A DNA stretch of 11,482 nucleotides from Candidatus Methylomirabilia bacterium (GCA_041492755.1 JBGPXN010000150.1:1-11482), one strand, 5' to 3'; numbered from the stretch's first letter, positions 1-8,407 are shown. Notes: generated by a model from the sequence alone, not told the origin. Numbers and translations: made by a program.

Positions 1-190
1 ATACCCCCCCCACGCTCGGGGCGCCCCCGCCAAACCCTGGGACCCCGCCATAACCCCCCAAACCCCCCCCCCCCCCGCGGGCCCCCCGCCCCCCCGGGGC
101 CGCCCCCACAACCCCCCCCACCCCCCCCCCCCCCGGCCCGCCCCCCCCCCCCGGCGCCGGGCCCCGGGGGCCCCCTGGGGGGCCCCCCCC
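1..190. other. C-rich low-complexity contig end, probable sequencing/assembly artefact
   Basis: Long poly-C runs (e.g. 63-76, 121-134), almost no T, no credible ORF, at the window edge. Poly-G/poly-C ends are a known failure mode of two-colour Illumina chemistry. Confidence 0.7.
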
Positions 191-232
191 ATGTACTCAG
201 TCGGTCGGGGCCAGCAAAAGGGGGAGCCACCG

Positions 233-631
233 ATGTTGCTCATCAGGCGCTGGTCACTCGCGCTCGCCATGTTCGCCATTTTCTCCTGTGTCGTTCCTGG
301 CTTCGCCGTCGCGCAGAACTACACGCCGCTCATCGTTGGCTGGGAACAGTTTTTCTCGGTCATGGCCGAGACCATTCAGGCGGGCGGACGCCCGCGCGTC
401 GCCGGCCACATCCGCAACGAGTCGGGGTTTCCCGCACGCCGCATCCAGCTCCTCGTCGAGGGACTGGACGCCGCCGGTCAGGTGACTGGCCAAACGGTCG
501 TCTGGCTCGGCCATGAGCTTCCCCCCGGCGCCCGCGGCTACTTCGACGTACCGGCTCCTCCGGGCACGCGCCACCGCGTCAGCGTCTTCGCCTTCGACTT
601 CATCCAGAGCGCCTCGCTGAACGCCCCGTAA
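233..631 (+). CDS. Secreted FxLYD-domain-like protein (132 aa)
   Basis: GGGGAG Shine-Dalgarno at 221-226 before ATG 233. Signal peptide MLLIRRWSLALAMFAIFSCVVPGFAVA/Q. The core VAGHIRNESG...IQLLVEGLDAAGQVTGQT...LPPGARGYFDV matches the FxLYD beta-sandwich pattern. Confidence 0.7.
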   Translation: MLLIRRWSLALAMFAIFSCVVPGFAVAQNYTPLIVGWEQFFSVMAETIQAGGRPRVAGHIRNESGFPARRIQLLVEGLDAAGQVTGQTVVWLGHELPPGARGYFDVPAPPGTRHRVSVFAFDFIQSASLNAP

Positions 632-833
632 CTCTTCGGCCGGGCGGATCTTCTCCGGCAACGCGTTCGACATGGCGGCAAATCGCGACGACATCGAGTC
701 GCTGATTTCCGGCTGAGCGAGACACTACAGGCGCGGACTCGTACCCGAGCTCTTCCATCCGGCGGGCGAAGTCCACGATGACGGCGCGCGTGGCCGCGGG
801 CCCGTAGACGGGGAGGTGGCAGCCGAACTCCAT
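600..833 (-). pseudogene. Remnant of an LLM-class (luciferase-like, probably F420-dependent) oxidoreductase
   Basis: MEFGCHLPVYGPAATRAVIVDFARRMEELGYES is a typical LLM N-terminus. Similarity stops where LWVxDH should follow. Near 680-635, HVERVAGE plus IRPA in a shifted frame resembles an LLM C-terminal helix (MERFAEEVRP-like). About 77 codons versus about 300 expected. Confidence 0.7.
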
Positions 834-845
834 CAGCGCACAGGG

Positions 846-886
846 GCGCGGCGGGCCATCAGCGCGGCGGGCCATCAGCGCGGCGG
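846..886. repeat. 16-bp tandem repeat (gcgcggcgggccatca x2.5) spanning the ligase stop codon
   Basis: Exact copies at 846-861 and 862-877, partial copy at 878-886. The core catcagcgc also occurs at 831-839. Confidence 0.9.
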
Positions 887-2503
887 ATAGACGAGGCGCT
901 CGCCGAGCTCGTCGCCGTGGATCATCTCCACCAGGCGCGAGCGCTGAATCTTGCCGCTCGACGTCTTCGGAATGGTCCCCGAACGTACGAGCAACACCCG
1001 CGCCGGACGGTGCCCGCTCTGCTCGAGCACGCGGCGCACGATCTCGGTGACGAGCCGGCGGTGCGCGTCCTCGTCGGCGCCGTCCTCACGCACCTCGGCG
1101 ACCACGTGCAACCGCTGGGTGCCCGTCCGGTCGCTTTCGATGCCGACGGCGGCCGAGTACCGCACGCCCGTCACGTGGTCGGCGATGTCTTCGATGTCCG
1201 CGGGCGCCACGTTTTGACCGGCCAGGATGAGCACGTCCTTGAGTCGCCCGGTGACGTAGAGGTAGCCCGCGTCATCTTTGAAGCCGAGATCGCCCGTCCG
1301 CAGCCAGCCGCCGGCCATGAGCACGTCGGCGGTGGCTTCGGGGTTGTTGTAGTAACCCGTCATGACGCCGGGGCTCGATACGCAGATCTCGCCATCGAGT
1401 CCGGCCGGCAGCACCTCGTCGCCGCCCTTGCCGTCGGTCCGCGGCGTCATGATGCGCACCGACACCCCGCGACAGGGGCGGCCCACCGAGATGAACCGGC
1501 CACTCGCGTCGAGCCGGCGCGGAGTGCCGAACGGCCAGATCGCGACGGCGAGGGTGGCCTCGGCGAGCCCGTAGCAGGGCGCGATCACGTTCTTCAGCCC
1601 GAAGTGTTCCTCGAAGGCCGCGATCGTCGAGGGGCGCACGGGCTCGGCGCCGGAGAGCGCGCCCCGCAGGCTGCTGAGGTCGAGCCCGTTGGTGTCGCGA
1701 ACGTTCCGCACGCAGTTGCGGTAGCCGAAGTCCGGCGACACGGTGAAGGTCCCCCGCACCTCGGTGATCAGCTCCAGCCATTGCCGCGGATTACGCAGGT
1801 CGGGCGGGAGCAGCCAGAGCGGGGTGCCGATGAGGGGGGGCGTGAACGCGCAGCCGATCAACCCCATGTCGTGATAGAGCGGCAGCCACGACACCACGCG
1901 GTCGTCCGGCGTGACCGCGGCCGCGTCGGCCATGAAATGCACGGTGCTCACCACGTTCTTGTGCGTGAGCATCACGCCGCGTGGCTGGCCGGTGCTGCCC
2001 GACGTGTACTGCAGAAACGCGAGGTCGTCGGGCGCGCCCTCGGTGAGCTTCGGGGCCGGGGCGGACGCCTCGAGATCCGGCGGCTCCAGGACGGCCCGCA
2101 CGTTGGGGGCCAGCGCGACGCTGGCGTCGACGCCGGTCCGGAACCAGCCGATCGTGGTCACGACCACCGCGTCGGAATTGCGCAGGACGTTCGCGGTCGG
2201 CTCCACGCCCAGCGTGGGATACAGCGGGACCGGCACCGCGCCGAGCCGGAGCGCGCCGAAGAACGTGTAGAAGAACTCCGCGCACGTCGGGTAGATGAGG
2301 GCGACCTTCTCGCCGGGACGCACGCCGGCGCGGGCAAGGCTCGCCGCGTAGCGCGCGCTCTGCTCCCAGAGTCGCCCGTACGTCACCGTTTCTCCGTAGA
2401 CACGGAAGTACGGCTCGTCGGCCGACGCCGCGGCGCGCCGCCGCATCATCTCGGTGAGGGTGCCCGCCGTGTACGGGTTGTCCGCCATCCCGAGTTGGCT
2501 CAT
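875..2503 (-). CDS. Fatty acyl-AMP ligase (FAAL)-like adenylate-forming enzyme (542 aa)
   Basis: Motifs [61 protein letters not shown] and [14 protein letters not shown] 2503 overlaps the upstream TGA (ATGA) and is preceded by GGAG. The computed 850-aa ORF over-extends the 5' end. Confidence 0.9.
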   Translation of the reverse strand: MSQLGMADNPYTAGTLTEMMRRRAAASADEPYFRVYGETVTYGRLWEQSARYAASLARAGVRPGEKVALIYPTCAEFFYTFFGALRLGAVPVPLYPTLGVEPTANVLRNSDAVVVTTIGWFRTGVDASVALAPNVRAVLEPPDLEASAPAPKLTEGAPDDLAFLQYTSGSTGQPRGVMLTHKNVVSTVHFMADAAAVTPDDRVVSWLPLYHDMGLIGCAFTPPLIGTPLWLLPPDLRNPRQWLELITEVRGTFTVSPDFGYRNCVRNVRDTNGLDLSSLRGALSGAEPVRPSTIAAFEEHFGLKNVIAPCYGLAEATLAVAIWPFGTPRRLDASGRFISVGRPCRGVSVRIMTPRTDGKGGDEVLPAGLDGEICVSSPGVMTGYYNNPEATADVLMAGGWLRTGDLGFKDDAGYLYVTGRLKDVLILAGQNVAPADIEDIADHVTGVRYSAAVGIESDRTGTQRLHVVAEVREDGADEDAHRRLVTEIVRRVLEQSGHRPARVLLVRSGTIPKTSSGKIQRSRLVEMIHGDELGERLVYPPR

Positions 2504-3084
2504 TCCGCATCTCCCCCACGCGCGTCGAGTGTTTCCTGCGCGGCCCGTTCGCGTCCCTGTCCCATCTCCTCGCCCGAGAACAGCGTGACCACCACCGTGC
2601 GGGGCGTCCCGCCCGCCGCGGCGAGCGCGCGGGCCAGACCGAGCGCGACCGCCGTCCCCGACGCGTTGTCGTCGGCGCCCGGATGCACGGCGCCGTTCAC
2701 GACGCCGAGGTGATCGTAGTGCGCGCCGATGACGACGGCCTCGCCGGCGAGCGCGGGATCGCGCCCGGGCAGGATGCCGATCACGTTGGCGGCGCGTCGC
2801 TCCTCGAGCCCGACGGCGATGCGAAGCGACACCGGCCCGCCCACGGCCCGGGCGCCCGCGCCGGCCGCGACCAGATCGGCGAGCGAGCGTCCGCCCGGTC
2901 CGAGCAACGTGTCGGCGACGGCCGGGGTGACCGTCGCCGACGGAAGATCCATTCCGAGCGCGGTCAGCGCTTGCACGTCTTGCAACAAGCGCGCGGCGGG
3001 TGGAGTAGCAAGGGCGGCGCCGAGCGCGATTTGTGACGCCAGAAGGAGGAGGAGGACAGCGAGCACACCACGAGGCCGGATCAC
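2500..3084 (-). pseudogene. M28-family peptidase with large in-frame internal deletions (194 codons)
   Basis: GTG start and signal peptide ([20 protein letters not shown]). M28 motifs [28 protein letters not shown] and FSGEEMG are present. The C-terminal half with the remaining zinc ligands (NxDM-type Asp, YH) is missing, as is the GR motif after [14 protein letters not shown]. Confidence 0.75.
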
Positions 3085-3090
3085 GCAAGT

Positions 3091-3096
3091 ATTGTA
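3091..3096 (-). promoter_or_regulatory. Putative sigma70 -10 element (TACAAT), leaderless-type
   Basis: Minus strand reads TACAAT-acttgc-GTG(3084). This AT-rich hexamer in GC-rich DNA lies 6 nt before the start codon, with no SD and no clear -35. Confidence 0.5.
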
Positions 3097-3193
3097 CACG
3101 GGCGCAGCGGGCGATCGGCGGGCGCGGCGGTCCATTCGACTGTACTACGGCTGGGACGTAGCCTCCGGGTGCGACCTTCCCAAGCAACCCGGG

Positions 3194-3508
3194 AAGCCGT
3201 ATCCGCGCGCCGAGCATCCGGTCATTCGCACCCACCCGGTCAGCGGCCGACCGGCGCTGTTCGTGAATCGCGGTTTCACCACGCGCATCGTGCAGCTCGC
3301 CAAGCACGAGAGGGCCGCCGTGCTGGAGGTGCCCTACCGCCACGTGGAGACCCCGGAGTTCCAGTGCCGCCTCACCTGGCGCCCCGGCTCCGTCGCGTTC
3401 TGGGACAACCGCTGCGTCCAGCACCACGGGATGTGGGACTACTATCCGAATCGCCGCCGCGGCCTGCGGGTGACCATCAAGGGCGACAAGCCGTTTAACT
3501 GTCCCTGA
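3194..3508 (+). pseudogene. C-terminal fragment of a TauD/TfdA-family Fe(II)/2-oxoglutarate dioxygenase
   Basis: AEHPVIRTHPVSGRPALFVNRGFTTRI...PEFQCRLTWRPGSVAFWDNRCVQH...DYYP...RVTIKGDKPF is the TauD C-terminal half. The N-terminal half with the HxD iron motif is absent and there is no credible start or RBS. Confidence 0.85.
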
Positions 3509-3529
3509 TCCTACCGTCCCTGACGCCGC

Positions 3530-4660
3530 TTACCGTTCGAACATCATCATCAGGTAGGCGAGAAACAGCAGCAGGTGGACCGCGCCCAGCAACACGTTGG
3601 TTCGCGTGCTGCTGAACGTCAGCGTGCTCATGCCCAGGGTCAGGACGAGCAGGATCGTATCGACCGCGTCGAGTCCCAGGACGATGGTGGTGCGGGTGAG
3701 CAGGCCGATCGTCAGTACCGCCGGAATGGTGAGGCTGATCGACGCCAGCACCGAGCCCAGCAGGATGTTGATCGATCGCTGAAGGTCGTTCGCGATCGCG
3801 GCGCGGGTGGCGCTGAGCGATTCCGGTGACAGGATCAGCGTCGCCACCAGAAAGCCGCCCAACGTTGCCGGCGCGCCCAGGACCCGAATGCCGTAGTCGA
3901 TGGGCACCGCGATCTGCTTGGCCAGCACGACGAGCGGCACCAGGTACATCACGAGCAAGGTGAGGTGCATCGATACCGGATGCACCTCGAGATCGCCATG
4001 GTGAGCCGCGTCGGGGGGCGGCCCCGGCGTGTCGGTGTGGGCGCGCGGCGCGACGAAGTAGTCGCGGTGCCGCCAGTTCTGGATCACCAGAAACAGACCG
4101 TAGATCCCCACCGAGATGATCGAGAGGAACGCGGCATGGAAGCGTGACAGCGTGGGCCCCGGCGACGATCGTGTGTAGTTCGGGAACACCAGGCCGAGCA
4201 CCGCCAAGGGCACGATCAGCGCCAGAAACGCGTTCGCGCCTTGCAGGTTGTATTCCTGCTCATGGTGACGCAACCCGCCCCACACCAACGAGAGTCCAAC
4301 CATACCGTTCAGGACGATCATCACCACCGCGAACATCGTGTCGCGCGCCAGGGCGGGCTTGCCGTCTCCGGTGAGCATGACGGCCGAGATCATTGCGACC
4401 TCGATGCCGATGACCGAGAGCGTCAGGACCAGGGTGCCCAGCGGCTCGCCCAGTGTCTCGGCCAGCGCTTCCGCATGACGCAAGATGGCGAACGCCGCGG
4501 ACAGGATCACGGCGAAGAGCCAGACCAGCACGAAGGCGAACCACCCGGGAGTGGAGAGATCCCCCAGCCACGCTTTGCCGAAGAACAGGAACAGCGCGGT
4601 GGTCGCGATCGTCACCCCGAAGCTCGATTCGCGTCGCACGAGACGCGCCAACGGCCTCAT
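3530..4660 (-). CDS. chaA: Ca2+(Na+)/H+ antiporter, CaCA family (376 aa)
   Basis: About 11 hydrophobic segments. ChaA motifs HAEALAETLGEPLGTLVLTLSVIGIEV, LARDTMFAVVMIVLNG and LSPE...AAIANDLQRSINILLGSVLASISLTIPAV. His-containing central loop. Confidence 0.9.
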   Translation of the reverse strand: MRPLARLVRRESSFGVTIATTALFLFFGKAWLGDLSTPGWFAFVLVWLFAVILSAAFAILRHAEALAETLGEPLGTLVLTLSVIGIEVAMISAVMLTGDGKPALARDTMFAVVMIVLNGMVGLSLVWGGLRHHEQEYNLQGANAFLALIVPLAVLGLVFPNYTRSSPGPTLSRFHAAFLSIISVGIYGLFLVIQNWRHRDYFVAPRAHTDTPGPPPDAAHHGDLEVHPVSMHLTLLVMYLVPLVVLAKQIAVPIDYGIRVLGAPATLGGFLVATLILSPESLSATRAAIANDLQRSINILLGSVLASISLTIPAVLTIGLLTRTTIVLGLDAVDTILLVLTLGMSTLTFSSTRTNVLLGAVHLLLFLAYLMMMFER

Positions 4661-4701
4661 GGGACGTCTGCGGTCATGTCAGGGGCGGGTCGACGAGAGC
4701 G

Positions 4702-5310
4702 TCAGAGCTCGGGCCGCTCGGTGCTCGGGTGCGGGCCGGGCCCCGGCAATGGGGCCTTCGCCCCGCCTCGTGACTCGCCCTCGATCAGCGAGGCGATGTC
4801 CCCGTAGGCGTAGATCGTCGGCGCGTTGTTGATGGGCAGGCCACCCGTGTCCACCGACGGGCCGTACACGCTGTAGACCGGCCGCCCCAGCAACCGGAGC
4901 AGCGTGGTCTGTTCCGCCCGGTGATGAGCGGTGTGCGCGATCCGTCGCACCATGATCCAGGCGCGGCTGTGCACCGTCTCGAAGAACGCCACCTCGCGCT
5001 CCCACCAGGCGCCGTCCCGTTCGGCCAGGCGCGCGAGTCGCTTTCCGGAGTCTTCGGCATAGCGGCGAATGAATTCCAGGCGCGTCTCGGGCTTGGGCAG
5101 CGGCGGTGCGGCGACGTCGACGTCGAACATGGTGCAGAACCATTTGTCCTCACTCATGCACTGATGAACCATGTGCTCGCGAGGCGTGCGATCGCGGTCG
5201 AGCCGCGGATGCGGGCGCACGTTCAGGTCGTCGTCCGCGAACATGCTCCACACGTTGAGCGTCTTGAGCCGCTCGCTCGCGTACGTGTCGACCAGAAACC
5301 CGTAGCCCAT
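4702..5310 (-). CDS. DinB/YfiT-superfamily protein (202 aa)
   Basis: RTPREHMVHQ and RIAHTAHHRAEQ supply the DinB His triad. LRLLGRPVYSVYGP tail is typical of the family. Confidence 0.85.
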   Translation of the reverse strand: MGYGFLVDTYASERLKTLNVWSMFADDDLNVRPHPRLDRDRTPREHMVHQCMSEDKWFCTMFDVDVAAPPLPKPETRLEFIRRYAEDSGKRLARLAERDGAWWEREVAFFETVHSRAWIMVRRIAHTAHHRAEQTTLLRLLGRPVYSVYGPSVDTGGLPINNAPTIYAYGDIASLIEGESRGGAKAPLPGPGPHPSTERPEL

Positions 5311-5314
5311 CGGC

Positions 5315-6442
5315 TCAGCCCATCGAGATCGCGGCGCGGGCGACCGGGCTGGCGTCGCCGGAGCGCTTCCATTCCGCCTGCTTGAACGCGTCCGAGATAC
5401 GCTCGAGCGGGAAGACGTGGGACATGATCTTCTCGAACGGGAACCGGCCGCGGCTGCGGCGCAGGAGCGCCAGCGCCTCGCCGAGCGCCCACGGCGAATA
5501 GTTCGCCATCGCGATCAGGCGGGCGCCGGTCCGGACCAGCGCGGTGGCATCGTACGAGAAGAAGTTGCCGGGCGCGATGTTGCCGATCTCCAGGTAGATC
5601 CCGCCGCTGCGCAGCATCCGCAGGCCCTCGGGGATGACGTCCGGGTAGCCGACGACGTCGACGACGACGTCGGCGCCGAAGCCGCCGGTGAGCGATCGCA
5701 CCGCGTCGATGCGACGCTCCGCCGTCGTGACCTGGGACACGTCCACCGTGTCGTCGGCGCCGAACTCGCGCGCCAGAGCCAGGCGGCCGGCGACGCCGTC
5801 GATCGCGATGATCCGGTCCGCGCCCATGTCGCGCGCGACCGCGATGGCGTTGAGTCCGAGCCCGCCCGCGCCCTGCACGACCAGCGTGTCGCCCTGACGG
5901 AGCCCGGCCTTGCTGAGACCGTACAGCACCTGGGAGAGCGCGCAGTTCGCCGGGGCGGCGACATCGTCGGAGACCTCGTCGGGAATGCGGAAGACGAAGT
6001 GGTTCGGCCGCAGGTAGTAGTAGTCGCCGAAGGCGTTGTTGAAGTAGGGTGGCGTGCCCGCGGTCCGGTTCGCGCGCAGCTTGCGCGGGCAGTTCGCCAT
6101 CTCGTCGCGCAGGCACACGCGGCAGCGCCCGCACGGGAAGACGTAGAGCCAGGCGATGCGATCGCCCTCGCGCAGGGGCTGGCCGGCCGCGTCGGTGGTG
6201 ACGCCGGCGCCGAGCCGCTCGATGCGGCCGCACATCTCGTGGCCGAACGTCAGATCGCGCGGCGGGGAGCCGTAGACGTCCTTCATCTCGCCACGCCAGA
6301 TGTGCAGGTCGGAGCCGCACACGCCCGCGCGCGTGAGGCGGACCAGGATCGCCCCCGGCTCGGGATCCGGCACCGGATACTCGCGAAGCTCGAAGTCGCC
6401 ACCGTAGTCGCGTAGAACCGCCACGCGTCCCGTCTTGCTCAT
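5315..6442 (-). CDS. Zinc-dependent medium-chain alcohol dehydrogenase (375 aa)
   Basis: Catalytic Zn ligands in CGSDLH, GHE and PANCA. Structural Zn CGRCRVC-x7-C. Rossmann motif VQGAGGLG with Asp (IAIDG), suggesting NAD. AGGAG SD upstream. Confidence 0.92.
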   Translation of the reverse strand: MSKTGRVAVLRDYGGDFELREYPVPDPEPGAILVRLTRAGVCGSDLHIWRGEMKDVYGSPPRDLTFGHEMCGRIERLGAGVTTDAAGQPLREGDRIAWLYVFPCGRCRVCLRDEMANCPRKLRANRTAGTPPYFNNAFGDYYYLRPNHFVFRIPDEVSDDVAAPANCALSQVLYGLSKAGLRQGDTLVVQGAGGLGLNAIAVARDMGADRIIAIDGVAGRLALAREFGADDTVDVSQVTTAERRIDAVRSLTGGFGADVVVDVVGYPDVIPEGLRMLRSGGIYLEIGNIAPGNFFSYDATALVRTGARLIAMANYSPWALGEALALLRRSRGRFPFEKIMSHVFPLERISDAFKQAEWKRSGDASPVARAAISMG

Positions 6443-6481
6443 GGCTCATGTCTCCTCTGCATCAGTCGTGGTTCTCGTGGA

Positions 6482-6871
6482 TCAGTCGTAGGTCTCACGC
6501 TTGCGCAGCTCGACGAACAGTCCGTGGCAATCGCGCGGATGCACCCAGGCGATGTCCGGGCGCGGGCTATCGACCCGGGCGCCGCGGCCGCGCAGCTCCT
6601 TCACCGCGCCCGGAATGTCCTTCGACTCGAACCCGACCAGATACACGCCCTCGCCGTGACGGGCGAGGAACTTCCCGACCGCCTTGTCGGGATCGGTCGG
6701 CTGCAGCAGCTCGATGTGCCCGATCCCGGTGGGCAGGATCGCGTTCTTGAACCCGAACTCCTTGGACTCGCCTCGATGGTGCACGCGCAGGCCGAAGAGC
6801 GTCGTGTAGCGCTCGATCGCCGCATCCAGATCCCGCACCACGACTGACAGCTCGACGACGTCTCCAAGCAC
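6482..6871 (-). CDS. VOC-superfamily protein, methylmalonyl-CoA epimerase-like fold (129 aa)
   Basis: AAGGAGG SD (6877-6883) 5 nt before GTG 6871. Motifs VVVRDLDAAIERY, IELLQP, VGKFLARHGEGV and WVHPRDCHGLFVEL. Confidence 0.88.
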   Translation of the reverse strand: MLGDVVELSVVVRDLDAAIERYTTLFGLRVHHRGESKEFGFKNAILPTGIGHIELLQPTDPDKAVGKFLARHGEGVYLVGFESKDIPGAVKELRGRGARVDSPRPDIAWVHPRDCHGLFVELRKRETYD

Positions 6872-6928
6872 GTGGTCCTCCTTTGCCGTTCCCGGCGACA
6901 CGACTGCGTGCGCCGCTCGGCACCAAGT

Positions 6929-7432
6929 TCAGTACCGGCCCCGTCCAGTCCCGCGGCCACCACCGGATTGCTGGCCGCCGGCTCTGCCCGGCCGGCCCGG
7001 CGTGGTCCCGGTGTCGCCGCGGAGGCCGTGGTCTTCATTGCGGTCCTCGACCACCTCCTGCGATTGCGCCACGTCATTGGCGAGTTGGGCCAGGTCCACG
7101 CCGTGGTCACGAGCGATCTGTTCCCAGGTCTTGCCCCCCTCGAACTCGGCGACGACCTGCTCGAACGTGAGTCGCGTGCCCCTCGACAGGCGGTGCACCA
7201 CGAGGATCTCGCCCCATCCAAGCCCAGTGCGCGCGCGCTCCGCCCGCAGCGTCTCGACCTCGATCCCAAGCGTACGTGAGAGGTGGCCGACGACGACACG
7301 ATTGCCGTCCCGCTCCTGGGCCGCCCGCTCGATCGCGGCCGCGCGCTCCTCGAGGGTCGGCGCATCGGCGGCCCAGGCCAGCGGGCAGCCGAGCCCCATC
7401 AACAGCGCGAGGATGACGGCAGCTCGTCGCAT
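6929..7432 (-). CDS. Secreted hypothetical protein (167 aa)
   Basis: Signal peptide MRRAAVILALLMGLGCPLAWA/A. Helical core with two related motifs (GLGWGEI, GKTWEQIA). Gly/Arg-rich disordered tail. Starts 10 nt after the upstream stop codon. Confidence 0.75.
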   Translation of the reverse strand: MRRAAVILALLMGLGCPLAWAADAPTLEERAAAIERAAQERDGNRVVVGHLSRTLGIEVETLRAERARTGLGWGEILVVHRLSRGTRLTFEQVVAEFEGGKTWEQIARDHGVDLAQLANDVAQSQEVVEDRNEDHGLRGDTGTTPGRPGRAGGQQSGGGRGTGRGRY

Positions 7433-7442
7433 CGCCGTGCCG

Positions 7443-8375
7443 TCAGAACACGGCCAGCGGGTTCGCCGGCGATCCGGTCCCGCCAACGACCCGTAGCGGC
7501 GCGATCACCAACATGAACTCGTCGCGCCCTTCCTCCACGGCCGCGTGGGCGAGCGGCTCCAGCAGCGCGTTGTCGAGCAGCGCGACGCCGTAGGCGAAGA
7601 TCGCGGCGTGGACCGCCCACGGGATGTCGTAGCCGATGGGCAGGTGGTCGAGCATGTCCCACACCAGCACCGACACGTCGTGATCGCGCAGGAACGGTAG
7701 ACAGGACACGTGCAGTCCGGGGCGGAGGTTGGGTCCGCCGCCGAACGGGCGGCCATACGGAGTCTCGGGGTTGGCGGCCTGCCACGCCTCGCGCCCGGAG
7801 TAGACGGCCACGGCGTCGCCGGGCTCGAGCGTCATCTCGCGGTCGGCGAGCATCTCGTCCAGCTCCCAGCCGTGCACGGGCGCGTCGTGGGTGACGTGGG
7901 AGACGCCGCGGTGGCGCGGCACGTCGAACAGCACGCAGCGGGTGACGATGCCCTCGCTCCAGTGCTCGACCGAGCCGAACGTCGCACCGTCGAAGGTGAT
8001 CTCCTTCTTCGGATCGCGGCCGTTCCACATGCCGGCCTCGTCCCAGGTGTGACAGAGGGCATCGATGTGGGTGGAGGCGACGCCGTGGTAGAAGATCCCG
8101 TAGTAGTCGGCGGAAAAACCGCCCTTGCCTCGGGGCACCGTCCGCATGAAGTGATGGGCCGGGTAGTAGTTGTTGATCCCGGGCTCCTTGGGGAACGGCC
8201 GGCTCAGCGACAGGCTGCGCCCGGAGTGGACGAGGCGCGCCGCGGCCGCTCGTCTCGCGGGCGTGATGAGGTTGATCGCGCCGCGCTGGTCGTCCTTGCC
8301 CCAGCGCCCCCAGTTGTTGCGCGTGGTGAGCCAGCTTTTCACTTCCGCCTCGGTCGGCAAGCGTCGGTCGGCCAT
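7443..8375 (-). CDS. Cyclase-family (kynurenine formamidase-like) metal-dependent hydrolase (310 aa)
   Basis: AGGAGG SD before ATG 8375. Motifs NNWGRWGKDDQRGAINLIT, HGVASTHIDALCH, GIVTRCVLFDVPR and APLRVVGGTGSPANPLAVF. Confidence 0.9.
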   Translation of the reverse strand: MADRRLPTEAEVKSWLTTRNNWGRWGKDDQRGAINLITPARRAAAARLVHSGRSLSLSRPFPKEPGINNYYPAHHFMRTVPRGKGGFSADYYGIFYHGVASTHIDALCHTWDEAGMWNGRDPKKEITFDGATFGSVEHWSEGIVTRCVLFDVPRHRGVSHVTHDAPVHGWELDEMLADREMTLEPGDAVAVYSGREAWQAANPETPYGRPFGGGPNLRPGLHVSCLPFLRDHDVSVLVWDMLDHLPIGYDIPWAVHAAIFAYGVALLDNALLEPLAHAAVEEGRDEFMLVIAPLRVVGGTGSPANPLAVF

Positions 8376-8407
8376 CCCGTCCTCCTGGAATCTGTGCGGC
8401 AATTCGA

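Noticed and set aside
1..190. Poly-C tract as a functional G-quadruplex/i-motif or Pro-rich coding region
   Set aside because: It is irregular, lies at the window edge and has no periodicity. A base-calling or assembly artefact is more parsimonious. The ORF start at 191 is likewise rejected in favour of 233.
917..2713. 598-aa plus-strand ORF
   Set aside because: Antisense shadow of the ligase gene with no motifs, as expected in high-GC DNA.
3145..3196. Small alternative hairpins (ctacg/cgtag, cttccc/gggaag) as a possible ncRNA or riboswitch
   Set aside because: Stems are only 5-8 bp in GC-rich DNA and match no RNA family I can recognise.
875..3427. 850-aa ORF suggesting a long N-terminal extension or fusion on the ligase
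   Set aside because: Residues before 2503 are Arg/Gly-rich off-frame translation of the M28 remnant and antisense of the tauD fragment. The ATGA overlap and GGAG site support a start at 2503.
5223..6449. 408-aa alternative-frame ORF starting at the duplicated ATG 6449, and antisense ORF 5417-6415
   Set aside because: Low-information translations overlapping the well-supported dehydrogenase. ATG 6449 arises from the 7-bp duplication and lies very close to the SD.
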